A stretch of DNA of 63,729 bases, the filler included, from Corallochytrium limacisporum Hawaii (taxonomy: Eukaryota > Protista > Pluriformea): assembly GCA_002811645.1 (NCBI GenBank). It is 5 parts of 5 records of this genome, joined end to end, with 100 filler letters (N's around TTAATTAATTAA, not from the genome) between each part and the next. Parts side by side here need not be neighbours in the genome. Positions count along the whole stretch, not along the records: positions 32,089 to 49,907 come from PDIP01000130.1; positions 50,008 to 59,656 come from PDIP01000202.1; 3 more parts are not named here. One strand, 5' to 3'. Below the pieces are notes generated by a model. The model ran no database searches and had not been told where the DNA came from. It saw nothing but the letters and a program-made list of their open reading frames with translations. The translations under genes and the position numbers were made by a program. Of the stretch, positions 44,851 through 56,000 are shown in pieces. How positions within the stretch are numbered: position 1 is the stretch's first letter; each line of letters opens with the position of its first letter.

Positions 44851-44882
44851 TCACTTTGACCGCTACAAAGCGGTCAAAGTGA
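44851..44882. repeat. Perfect 14-bp inverted repeat with 4-nt loop
   Basis: TCACTTTGACCGCT-ACAA-AGCGGTCAAAGTGA. Confidence 0.9.
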
Positions 44883-46998
44883 CTTAAAGTGCTGCTGCAG
44901 TGGTAAGTGCCACGTCGGCATGGGGACAAGGCAATGGCCATGCGTGCTTTGGGCAGCGCAAAGGTCCTCAAAGCCAGTGTTACCGCCATCACAGGCTCAC
45001 GTGTCTAAAATGGCGTGGCTTTGAAGGCCTTGTGAATGTTTAGAAACACGAAATATGGAACGAAATTGGCTCAAACAACAGTCTTGTGTGAGTACGAGGG
45101 CAAGAATGGAATGCGGGTTCTAGTCATCGGGTCGTAGGACCTACACCATGTTCCCTCGCATGTCCAAAAGAAAGATGAATTTGTCAAATACAAGAACACA
45201 TACACTAATGATGACAACATTCTCAAATTGTGTTGACCATTGTAGCACTACCCAGCGTTCACCATGTGAGACAGCATGATTCTAAATCACTCCGCGTCCA
45301 CTATTGTACCACACTTCCGCTAAAGATTTGTTTGAGTATCCCCTCCACGCTCTCTCAGGTGCGCACAACCTCTCACTCTGCTCTGCGTCTAATGTACAAC
45401 ATTGTACACTGCGTGTGCGTGTGTACATTTAGGTGTGACTTTCTCATCAGCTCTCGGTATTCTATGATCTCCAGCGTCTCACTCCCTTCGTTCTCCCCGA
45501 AAAGTCAACATATACACGCCGACTGCGCGCAGTGAAGGGTGATGGGGCGGGTTTTTCCCGATCGATCTCTCAGACAATCCCCTCTCCCCGGAAGGCAGCC
45601 CAGAGTACTTCTATGCTCCAAAAGCGGGGTCCTTTCCTACAATTTGTCGCCTTGCTTGCTCCTCCTTAGACCCAGGGCCCATTACCTTGGGCATGCGCTC
45701 CGGTCTTTGCGGCTTGGGAGGAACACAGTGGAGTATGTACGGCTGGAGTTGATAGGCATTGTGGTTCTGCGGGACCAGGTACCTTGTAATATTGCGGCCT
45801 ACAGCTCAATGAGTTCCGTATCTTTAACTATAAGATCATAGGTGTATGAAAAAGAATTTATAGATCGTCGTCCAAGGCATTCGTGAAATAGTGCACCATA
45901 TTCCTATTGTCCATCTCTCGCAAGTTCTGCACAACTATCAATGGTTACCAACAAAGAAGTCTTCCACGCAGCACTGTCACTACCATCGTGTGCACGCTAG
46001 GATGAATTAAAATTTTATCAACCATTGCTAAGCTTCTCAGGCGCCGCATTGGAAAACTGCCTGTATGGCGGTGTGCAAGTGCAGGAGTAGAACTCCGCAG
46101 TTGCGCCCCTCGCGGAGCTGGCCGGGTGAGTGGGGTGGTGGGGATAAGGTGGTCCCCTTCGATTTCCGCCTCTTGTGCCGTGTGTCAATTTTCGTGCTGT
46201 TTCACAACAGTTTTTGTTGGCTTTGTAATGACTGCTCCTGCTCATTGGTCCCAAGTGCAGTCGTCCTTTAAGGTACGGGTCGTGTGATTCCGGAAGTAAT
46301 GTGAAGGGGAGCGAGCAGATCATTGTTGCGCGGGTTTACAGTGAGAAACCCTCAAAAAATTCTCCACTCAATGTGGGCAAAAAGCTGATAGGGGAGTGGC
46401 AGTGTGCAGAAAAATATGAAATCTGGTAGCCAATTTCCATAGTGGTACTACTGTCCCTACAGCTACAGCCGTATAAGGGAAGAAACTTGCGCTTGTTGCA
46501 GTGTACCAACCGTATAAAGATGGGATGGAGTGCCCAGCCCCACCTCCTTCCGCGGCTGGTGGGAGGGTTGGAGGGGAGGGGGGTTGAGGGGCCGTGCACA
46601 GGGGACACAGTACCCGCCCTCAACCGTGCAAAGCAAAAGGACCAGCACAGGAGCAAGAAAGAGGCGATTTGACTGTACCTGCAGAGAAACGGACTCTCAA
46701 GGCTCATAATGGCCCCCCCACTTCGGCGGAAAAAGAAGGAGCGGAGAGGATGAGGGACAGACAGAGCATTTCCACGGCACTATTGCCACCGATTCAGCAC
46801 TGTCCAGGGACTGGCTTAGGTGTTACGTGGCCTGTTCGTACTTTTCTTAGTTGAGACGCTATTTCAAGGAGACACCAGTAATCAAGGCTCAGAGATATCC
46901 CTAAATTTCTCCAAAACGTCTCCTTTACGGAGATTCCTTGGTTCGGTTCGGAAACTAAAGAAGAAAAGGACATCACATACACACAGCGGTCTACAGCA

Positions 46999-48480
46999 AT
47001 GGGAAACTGCGGCTCGAAGACCCAGGAGGGCCAGAAACAATACACAGCATCACAGCTGCAGCCCACCAAGAAGGAATCTACTGCTGCTCGTGACCGGAAA
47101 CAGCGCGCCTCAGAATATTCTCTGCAACGAGAGGACCGGGGTCGGAGGGCTGTATCCAAGCGGCATGTCGATGTGTACGAGATTATTTCATGCCTCAATC
47201 CAGGCATTGTGGAACGTTTCTTGTACCGAGCAGCTGTGCTCTTAAACTGTAGTGTGCAACAGAAGGACGAGATTCAACCGGCTCTAGTGTCTCTTGTACA
47301 TGGCAAGCACCGCTTTCGCGAGTTTGAAGTGCGGTCGTCAATGACCGAAGACGAGATCGAGCCAGAGACCCCGTTGCAAGTAAAATTCGGTGAAACCGAT
47401 CCCCTGGTTACAAAGAAAGAAGAATTTGATGAACTTCGCGAGACCGCAGACTATCCGGAGCGCTGTCTGCCCAAGGTCTCTGAGGACATTTTCCATGGGA
47501 GAGCCCGGGTTGGCAATCCGGCGAAGGACAGTCGGGAACTGATCGAAGTTGGAGTCATTCTCAACGACTTCTTTTCGTTTAAGGACATTGTTGCCGTGCC
47601 TAACGTCCTTTCCGCCCAATTTTCCGGTGTCAGGGACAGTATCGCAGTGCGTGATGTCCTCAGTCAACTGCCAAACTTCGCTCGAGCTGCTGACTTGGTC
47701 TTGCTTCTGGACGAATTGAGTTTCCGAGGATGTAGGACCCGCCTAGACCCGGAGATCGCGCAGTCCACAAAGCGTTCTGAGTTCATGTGGCACCATGCCT
47801 TTCGTCTGCCCCTGAACATGGAATCGCTACAAGACAACTATCCTGGAGCGGCCACTGTAGCCACTTTGATCGACCGTATCGACATCAGAGTCAGTGGCGC
47901 CGACAGCAACTACGATTTGGTGAAAATTGCATTTGACAATGTTAAGCACCGCATTGCCCTTGACTGGTGGTCCCGCGATGGCAAGGCAGTGTGGACTAAG
48001 ACAGATGCCAAGACAGGCTATCTAAGTGCGGCCAGGGATCTGTCTCTGCTTCCTCTTGACGAATCGCTCAAGATCGAAGCCGAAGTCGCCGCCCATCTGC
48101 TCTTTTTACATGTTCCCCTGCCGAAGCTCGAGTTTATCGCCAAGGCTGACAATGAAGGAGAGTTCCAAGTCGCGCTCACGGATATTCGCTACGGTCCACT
48201 CAAGTTCCTGGCTCGACTTGTTGGACTGGGCTTTATGTTTCAGACATGGATGGATGATTTCCGGCTTTACGTGGGCTTCCATGAGGCTGATGGCTACCAC
48301 AACCTTACCGTAGAACTTTTCATGGCGGCGCCAACATTCATTGTCAGCTACATCTTTAAGAAAGTCTGGGACTCCTTAATTGAAGACGGTGCCTTCTGGG
48401 ACTTTTTCCAGATCTTTGCAGAGTTGGCGCAGGCCTTAACAATGGATGTTCGTGAGGCCCGAGAGGATGGCAGTGTCTGA
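46999..48480 (+). CDS. Hypothetical 493-aa protein with predicted N-myristoylation/palmitoylation
   Basis: Long ORF; MGNCGS N-terminus (Gly2, Cys4, Ser6); hydrophobic C-terminal region. Confidence 0.8.
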   Translation: MGNCGSKTQEGQKQYTASQLQPTKKESTAARDRKQRASEYSLQREDRGRRAVSKRHVDVYEIISCLNPGIVERFLYRAAVLLNCSVQQKDEIQPALVSLVHGKHRFREFEVRSSMTEDEIEPETPLQVKFGETDPLVTKKEEFDELRETADYPERCLPKVSEDIFHGRARVGNPAKDSRELIEVGVILNDFFSFKDIVAVPNVLSAQFSGVRDSIAVRDVLSQLPNFARAADLVLLLDELSFRGCRTRLDPEIAQSTKRSEFMWHHAFRLPLNMESLQDNYPGAATVATLIDRIDIRVSGADSNYDLVKIAFDNVKHRIALDWWSRDGKAVWTKTDAKTGYLSAARDLSLLPLDESLKIEAEVAAHLLFLHVPLPKLEFIAKADNEGEFQVALTDIRYGPLKFLARLVGLGFMFQTWMDDFRLYVGFHEADGYHNLTVELFMAAPTFIVSYIFKKVWDSLIEDGAFWDFFQIFAELAQALTMDVREAREDGSV

Positions 48481-49529
48481 CCCAGAAAAACTAGTTCTTT
48501 AAGCCTATAAGACAACTCATCATTAAGTGACCGCGTGCACAACCACTACGGTATCTCTCTTACTCCGATTCACGCTACAGAATCGTCCATGCATCTCAGT
48601 ATTTTTAACATCCTTACATCCTATTAAAGAATAGCGCGCTTAAAGGCGCATCGCCATACACTATCTGTCGCTTCCCACATCCTTGAGGGAACCGTCCTCT
48701 CTTGAACTTGACCCCCGCGCTCCATCACATCATTCTATCATGCATACATAATCACTCAGTTGTCTGAGCCTAAGTCAACCCTCGGGTCTGCAGACACCTG
48801 CGCAAGAACCTGAGACGACGGGGAAGCGCCAGACGCGATCCCAATCGATATCCATATCCCGCCCATCGTTCTTAATCACTCTCCAGAACACAGAAACATT
48901 TCCGTTTCTCGCTGATATTGACGCGCATCACACACACACACACACATGCACGTAAGCCTCCTCCACACCATGCATGGAGCACTAGTTGACGAGTTTGAAA
49001 AGTATTCAAACCAAGACCATGCTTAGTGTGTACGTATGATCACCTCCCCTAGTATTTCTTGCCTGCGTTCCGATGATCACCGGTGCGCGCTTCTCCGTGC
49101 TTCAAATTTTTGCCCTTGAAGTTTTCTGGTACGTGCGCCCTCCCCTCCGGCTCTCCTCTCGCCATTGCCCCTCCTTCGCACTCCAGCCCCCGCATTTTTC
49201 CTTCCTTCGAACGCCGTTTCTTCAGTACTTTCACTATAACTGGCAAGGAAATTTTTTTTCCGCTTACCATTACAGCCCCTGGATGAGATCGCTGCACCCC
49301 CTCCCCCGGAGGGGGCCCCAGCCACCCAACGGGACCCGTTTCTTCCGGTGCACTACCACCTCTTGGCCCTCTCGGCACTGTGAGCTTGGGACCGGACACA
49401 GCCGCGTCGCGCTTGCGCGTGTGCCAGGGGAAAAAGTGTCCCACCCATACTTGCAAATCCCTTTCCCGCGTCCACCATTGCATCCCTGCGGTACGGAACG
49501 CCTGCGTTAGTACTAATTATATGGCAAAG

Positions 49530-49572
49530 GGTGTGTGTGTATGTGTATGTGCGTGTATATATGTGTGTGTGT
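49530..49572 (+). repeat. (GT/AT)n microsatellite
   Basis: gtgtgtgtgtatgtgtatgtgcgtgtatatatgtgtgtgtgt. Confidence 0.7.
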
Positions 49573-49816
49573 ATGGAGACAAATCGGCTGACAGTTGAAT
49601 GCTGTTTCAGACTCCGCTGCGATGTGTCTACAAAATATGGGTCCACCAACGTGAACTTTTTTTTTCGTTTTCGGGTTTCTCGGTAGTCTCCAGAACTGGC
49701 CGGAGTTTCAGCAACCATCGATCGCACAGCCCCTCGGGCCCCGCGTTCCTGCTTGCTCATCGTATTATTCGATATTCAACCCCCCCCCCGGGGGGTGCGG
49801 GGTAGGGTCTGTGTTA

Positions 49817-49907
49817 TACTATCCTCTGAGTTGAATGTATACTCCGTATCCAACCAAAATTTTCGTTCGAAAATATATACCGGATCGTGATTTATATGAT
49901 TATTTAT
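49817..49907 (+). mobile_element. Variant TIR-like end (TA|CTATCCTCTGAG) followed by AT-rich sequence into the gap
   Basis: Partial match to TA|CCACCCTCTGTC, with the same orientation and position relative to a contig end. Confidence 0.35.
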
Positions 49908-50007
49908 NNNNNNNNNNNNNNNNNNNNNNNNNNNNNNNNNNNNNNNNNNNNTTAATTAATTAANNNNNNNNNNNNNNNNNNNNNNNNNNNNNNNNNNNNN
50001 NNNNNNN
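49908..50007. other. Artificial contig linker
   Basis: 44N-TTAATTAATTAA-44N. Confidence 0.97.
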
Positions 50008-53000
50008 GCCGTGGTCAAGGAGAGATATTGTCTGGTATCCGCCGTCGAGGATAGCACAGACCCCGAGAATGAAGTGCCGGCGTACTTTGTGCTGCCTGCA
50101 CCAGATGGTAAGTGCCGCAGCGACGAGGTGACCTACGACGTTGCCCGTACAAGCCGTGTGGTGGAGGTGGGGGCTGGCAGTGTGTGTAACTGCAATGCAC
50201 AATCTGCCGACAATAGTAGTGTGGAAGCAGTTGATCTCGCTACGCTGGCCACTGAATTGGGTGTTAGCATGGACCTAGGTATCCTAGACAACACGCAGGC
50301 TATCAAATCCAAACTAAACTTTGGGGTGGAAGATGTCATTGCTGAAACATTTGAATGCGCCAGTATTACATATGAGTATGTGGTCGCACAGAGTAATCCA
50401 GCCTTCTCGTTGGCTGCCCGTCTGAACGTAAACGTGGGATGCACTGGACGTACCGCCCTTTGGAGTGTAACCCGGCAGGAGCTTGACCGGGCCACTCTGA
50501 CTTCTGCTAGTCGTGCAGTTACCCTGGATTCGAGCTGTCAGTTTGGCACAAATAGCGGTATTCCGTTCTTTGGCGCGGACAGCTCGTACGTGTTGCCCAA
50601 GGATTCAAGCTTCCAGACGGACTTCACCCAAGGCGAGGTGTTGCTGCACACTTTCAGTATCTCTAAGGCGGCCGATGTGATCGAAATTTGCAAATTCCAA
50701 ACCGAGATCCCATTCCTTGCAGCAACAAAAATTTATGTGGCAAGTGCTGACGGTTCAGCTGGATTAGCGAATGTGAACTACCGTATTACCCCGCCTTCAG
50801 TGACCGCATTTTGCACAAGCTGGCATCTGTTTGATCTGTCCGCAGAGAACAAATTTGACTGTTTCTCCAATTTCTATCAGACGAATGGTGTCGGTTTTGG
50901 AGACATCCAGATTGGTATCGACCTCGGCAGTGGAAAGACAGCGTCCCAAACTCAGAGCGTCTGGATTGTGCTCCAGAACCGTTTTCCCGACAGTGCGACC
51001 CCTGGTTTTGTGCGTAGTGACAACGGCAATTCCTTGCCTTCCTTTCAATTTGACGGAGACACATACTATTATCTCGAGGTGAACGTACAGCACCTGGACA
51101 CCCTTGATACCATTCGTTTGAAAGATCAGAGCGCAGTGGTTGTTTCTGGTTTCCTCACATTTGGCCAAGGCCTACCAGCTGGTCAACAGCCTTTTGGCAA
51201 CTGTGTACCGCACAACACACTGAGTGTCTGCACTATCGACGAGAAACTTGTAAACGAACCGTCCTGCACAGCCATAGATCAGACAACAGGTTCCTATTCC
51301 GTAGCCATCCCCAAGGGTGGATCTCTCTACATCTTTGGTCGACCTGTCACTGGTAAGCAGGGCACGGAAGCATCCCAGAGCCAGTCAGCAGACCTGCCCC
51401 TAAATGAGAATGACGTGGTATGTGCTGCCGCGTCGTTCTTACCGAACTCGACAGTGTCCTGTGGCCCTGATCTTTTTGTGTTCACGGGTGATCGCTCAGA
51501 ACTCAAGAAGGTGAACCCGAACGTGGAGGTCGAGAACCTCAACGCGCGAGGTGAGAATATTGCAAACCGTAATCTGACTAGCATTTCCCAATACTACCAC
51601 GCCCAGTCAGTGGAAATTAGTTTGACAGGCGCCAACTTCCGTGCTACTCTACGCAAACCCTTGGCCATTGATGCGGCTGCGTCCAGTTGTGACAGTATCC
51701 AGAGTGGAGGAGCTACAGTGGTGATCACTGCCAAGGATCAAACAAACCCGGCGTGTGCCCCCGAGACCGTGTCGTGGAATTTCTTTTCCAACACAACGAT
51801 TTACCTGCCCGCCATGTCCTACTCAGTGGTGCTGCAGCAGTACAACCGCTTTCCTGCGGACACAACCCTGGAACTAGCAACGCGAAGTAGTTTCTTCTTT
51901 GGACCGCGTTCTAAGCACACGCGTCAGATTAGTCTGGTAAGCAACCAGATATCTGCAGACAAACCACTGCAAATAAGCTGGATCTACTATTCCTTGCCTC
52001 AGATCAAGACAGTCAGCCTATTGGATGGTGATGGCAACGATGTACAACCTACTACCTCCTGTCGGGACAGTGACCCGCCCATCAACTATGTGGTAAAGTC
52101 TGCGAAAGCCAACTACACCCTGGCCATTACCTTAGAGGAACAGTACGCTTACGGCCAGACCTGTGAATACCTAACAGCCAAGTACCAAATGGAGAACTTC
52201 ATTGATTTTTCTGCGTGTTCGAATTTCCCTGAAGGTTGTTCGGGCAGCTTAAACGGCACATCGTCCATTTCGCACAAGTTCCAGCCCATCGCAGCCACCA
52301 GAGACGCTCAGACTGCGCTAATTGCGCTGTCTGTGACCCGCCAGGATTCATATAGCGTGGATTTACTATTGGAGAGCTTCCGGATTCTGATTACTGGCAT
52401 TCGCAATCGCGGTGGTGGACCCCGTGCATCGCCTGTACCTCTGAATATTAACACAGCCAACTCTGACATTAGCGTGCCTGACTCATGTCAGGGCATCGCG
52501 AACCTAACAAATACGTATGATGAGGCCCTGGCTAATTATCTGGAGACGGCCGAGATCAATCTGAGCAGCGGAATCAATAGCGCACAGTCAATGAATGACG
52601 TCAACAGCAAAGTCCTCAAGAATTCGAACAAACTTGATCTTAACTCGAAAAAGATGTCCAACCATCCAGATGAGAAAATTCTGAACGGTTTCTCGGACCT
52701 GGACCGTGAAATCTTCCAGGCCACTGCATCAACAGTGATCTCCGAGCTGAACAACCAAGCATTCGTGGTTTTGCGGAAACCGCCAGGCGATCAGTCAACG
52801 GCCACATTAAGTGCAAGCGTCGGGCTGAAGTATGCTGTCGGTAAGTCGTTTGACCAGGGAAATTCCATCACACCCAGTGGTCAAGTCACCTTACGTTTTG
52901 GTGTAGATGATCGTGGCACGCTGACTGTGGTCGCTCCATTTGGTTTAGGTGTCGCTGCTGATCTAGGTGCGAGAAATCACGTCAACTTCAGCCCAGGTCT

Positions 53001-56000
53001 TGCTATCAACACGCACTCAGAATATGGGGCAGACATCTCTCGCAGTGTGGCCATGGGAATGAAACCGTCATGGACGACTGCCGTTGATCTAACTGATAGT
53101 GTTAGTGGCTGGTGGATTGATGACACAGATCCGGAATTATTTGGGAGCCCCCGAGATGCCTTTATCTTCACACCACTTTATTTTGCCATTGCCGTTAATT
53201 GGCTGGTATCTTTCGATGAGGACACATGCAGTCTCTTGCAGACACCTATCCCCGTAGTTAAGGTCGATCGCCCCAGTGGCAACGATGATTTCGGCTTTTC
53301 TGACTACACCTTCATCCTCACAGAGCAGGTATACGCCCAGCACCAACTGGACGAGGCACAGGCCAGTCTGGCGTCGGGAATACTGTCACCGGACGAAGTG
53401 TCTCTGGTGGAGGACTCCATTGCCGGATTGCAATGCGAAGTGGATTATTTCCAGGCCATCCTGGACAAGTACGAAGGTCTGTCCAAAGTAGCTCTTCATG
53501 ACAACAAAAAGGGTGTGCGTTACTACGTAGATAATTCTGCGGACGCAGGGGACTACAGGCTCACTGACTTTACCCCGATCTTTCCATCCACACAGCAGTG
53601 GACAGGAGATACTCTGAAGGAGTACTACGACTATGCAAAATCAGGAATCACTAGCAAGAAAATAACGTCCACCGGCGAGCTGGTTGGCAATCCGTACTTC
53701 ACTGGGAGTGAAGAATACAAGAAGGGAAGCAGTTTTCTGGCTGGTCCAAACCTTGCCGACTCGCAGGATATTCGCGGCACTTATTATCAGAATGGCCGCT
53801 TCTACGATATCGAGCGCATTGCGTTCACCGGTGGTCACAAGTACGATTTGTCGATGAGCAAGGCATTCAAGGTGCCCGGTGTTTCTGTAAGCTACGGTTC
53901 TGCATCCACAATAGGTGGTGCGGTGGAGGTTGAAGCCGAGTATGGTGGTGGATTTGGACCCGTCGAGGTGCGCTTTGACATGTCAAATCAGGCAGGAGGA
54001 AGAGCTGTAGGTAATCGCCGTCGGTCTGCAGAAGCGGAAGATGTCGATGCTGAAGCTGAGGAGCATGATATTTTCCTGCACATCCTCTACGAGGACGGCG
54101 AGACAAGAGTTCTGGGCTTGTCCAATGAAGAAGCCGCACACATGTATCGCGCAGGTCATGAGGATCCGGGACACATTCAGATCATGCGTCGCCCAGGCGC
54201 GGGCGCAGCACTCAAAGCCGTCCGTGAACAACGCAAGAAGAAGGTGCTCCCGGAAATGAGTATTGCGGAATTGCGACATGAACGTCAGCGTTTGCGTGAA
54301 CGTCGTGAGCAGCGCGCCAATGAACATGCTATTGAGCAGATTAAGCAAATGCTGCACGATAAGCGGCCACTGTGGACTCACCCTGAGCACGAGAGAAAGC
54401 AAAAAATGCAACGTCGTGAGGCGGAGACTCAGGATGGTAATCAATTCCAGATGGAGGCGTCACCTGTAGTTGAAGATGACCATTCCGAGCACCTCGCACG
54501 TCAACGCCGTGCCGGTGCCTCTGGTATAGATTATGCAATGTTCGCTGGTGCCGCGCGGGCAGCAAATAGCTGGAGTGTGCTGAGTCGGGGCCCAATGGCT
54601 AATGGGGGATTGAAGACCAATCGCTTTGGTGGCGGTGGTTTTAATCTTGACATTGATACCGACTGGGGTATGGCAAAGGACATGGATATTCAGCGAGAAC
54701 AGTCAACGTCATTGACCCTGCATTTAGAGGACAAGGATCCAGGCGATGCCTACGATTTTGAAATCTACACTGATGAAAATGGTCTACCAGTCTACAAGAT
54801 ATTGGCTGGTCAGAGCATGTGCATGAACTACCCGGTTGTAACGTTTGCGCGCCAAGAAGTTCATCTTGATTTGGTCGATGGCCTTCCTGCCGATCGTAGC
54901 GATCAACCCGTGGCTGCACGTGTGGGTCAAGTCTTCAAATTCCGCCTTCGAAATGATGGCCCCGTCGATCGTGAGTACACGGACGAAATATCTCTCTATC
55001 CTATCACCACCAGACGTACTGCCCTGGTGTTTAAAGTAGCAAATGATTATTTCCGCTCTGCCACACAGGGTCGAAATTTCAATTGGCGCTTAAACCGGCA
55101 AGAGTATACCGATTTCTGGCTTGAAGTCACTCTCGATCCAAATGCGGATGTGGCTGGTGTTATCAGCGGCGTACAGATCCGTGCAGAACCGATGTGTGAT
55201 CGTAACCTCCACAAAATTGTCGAAATTGCAGTGAATTTGGTGCCGGACTGTCCTTCTATCCAAATCACGAACGAAGCCACTATTCCAAGCGCATTGGGCC
55301 GTTCCGTTCTCTTTAACAACGGCGGTGGGGCGTCCTTGACTCTAGTTCTAGAGAACCCGCAGTCTGGCCACGCATTCCAATCCTGGAACGACCGGTTTTC
55401 TAAAGCTTTGGGCTCAAATATGTTACAGACAGGCATCGAAGTCACTTACACCTTTGACCGCCTAAAAGATTTGGAACCCGGTTTTACGACCACGACCATT
55501 CTCTATGCGATCAAATCTCTTAACGATCCCTGTACCGCATCTAGTGCTGTAATTGCATGCTGGAACGAGGACTCCCTTGTCTTTTACCTCGGTTCAGACG
55601 ACATTGACGCGTCCCAGGTGCCATCCAACTCGTTACCAGCTTTCAGCATCGATCTTACGCGAAACTTCATTCAAATTGAAGTCCGAACGGAGGATATGGC
55701 TGCAGTCCGTTTGCCTCAGCTTCCCGGTCTGCTGTCCGCATCCACAACCTGCGACAGTGAAGTACAGTCCTCAAGCCTTTCCTCCTCACCAAGCTATCTT
55801 GCTTCCGTGGACTATACGAGTCCAAACATTACTGATCTCCTGAGCCCAGCGGAGGAGTTTCTGTCCGTACAAGGACCTGATGCAACCGACGCGGTTGTCT
55901 TACTGGCAAGCGAACCGGTAATCTGCACTTATGTGAACAGCAAGGTACAGCTCTTAAACGAATCCGGCAAGGGAGATCAGATCAAAATTATTGGTGTGGA

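Noticed and set aside
42942-44859. Possible decayed genes (e.g. EWVAVFDD.. on minus; MDFNASLGDV.. on plus)
   Set aside because: Fragments look vaguely protein-like, but no family can be supported without a search.
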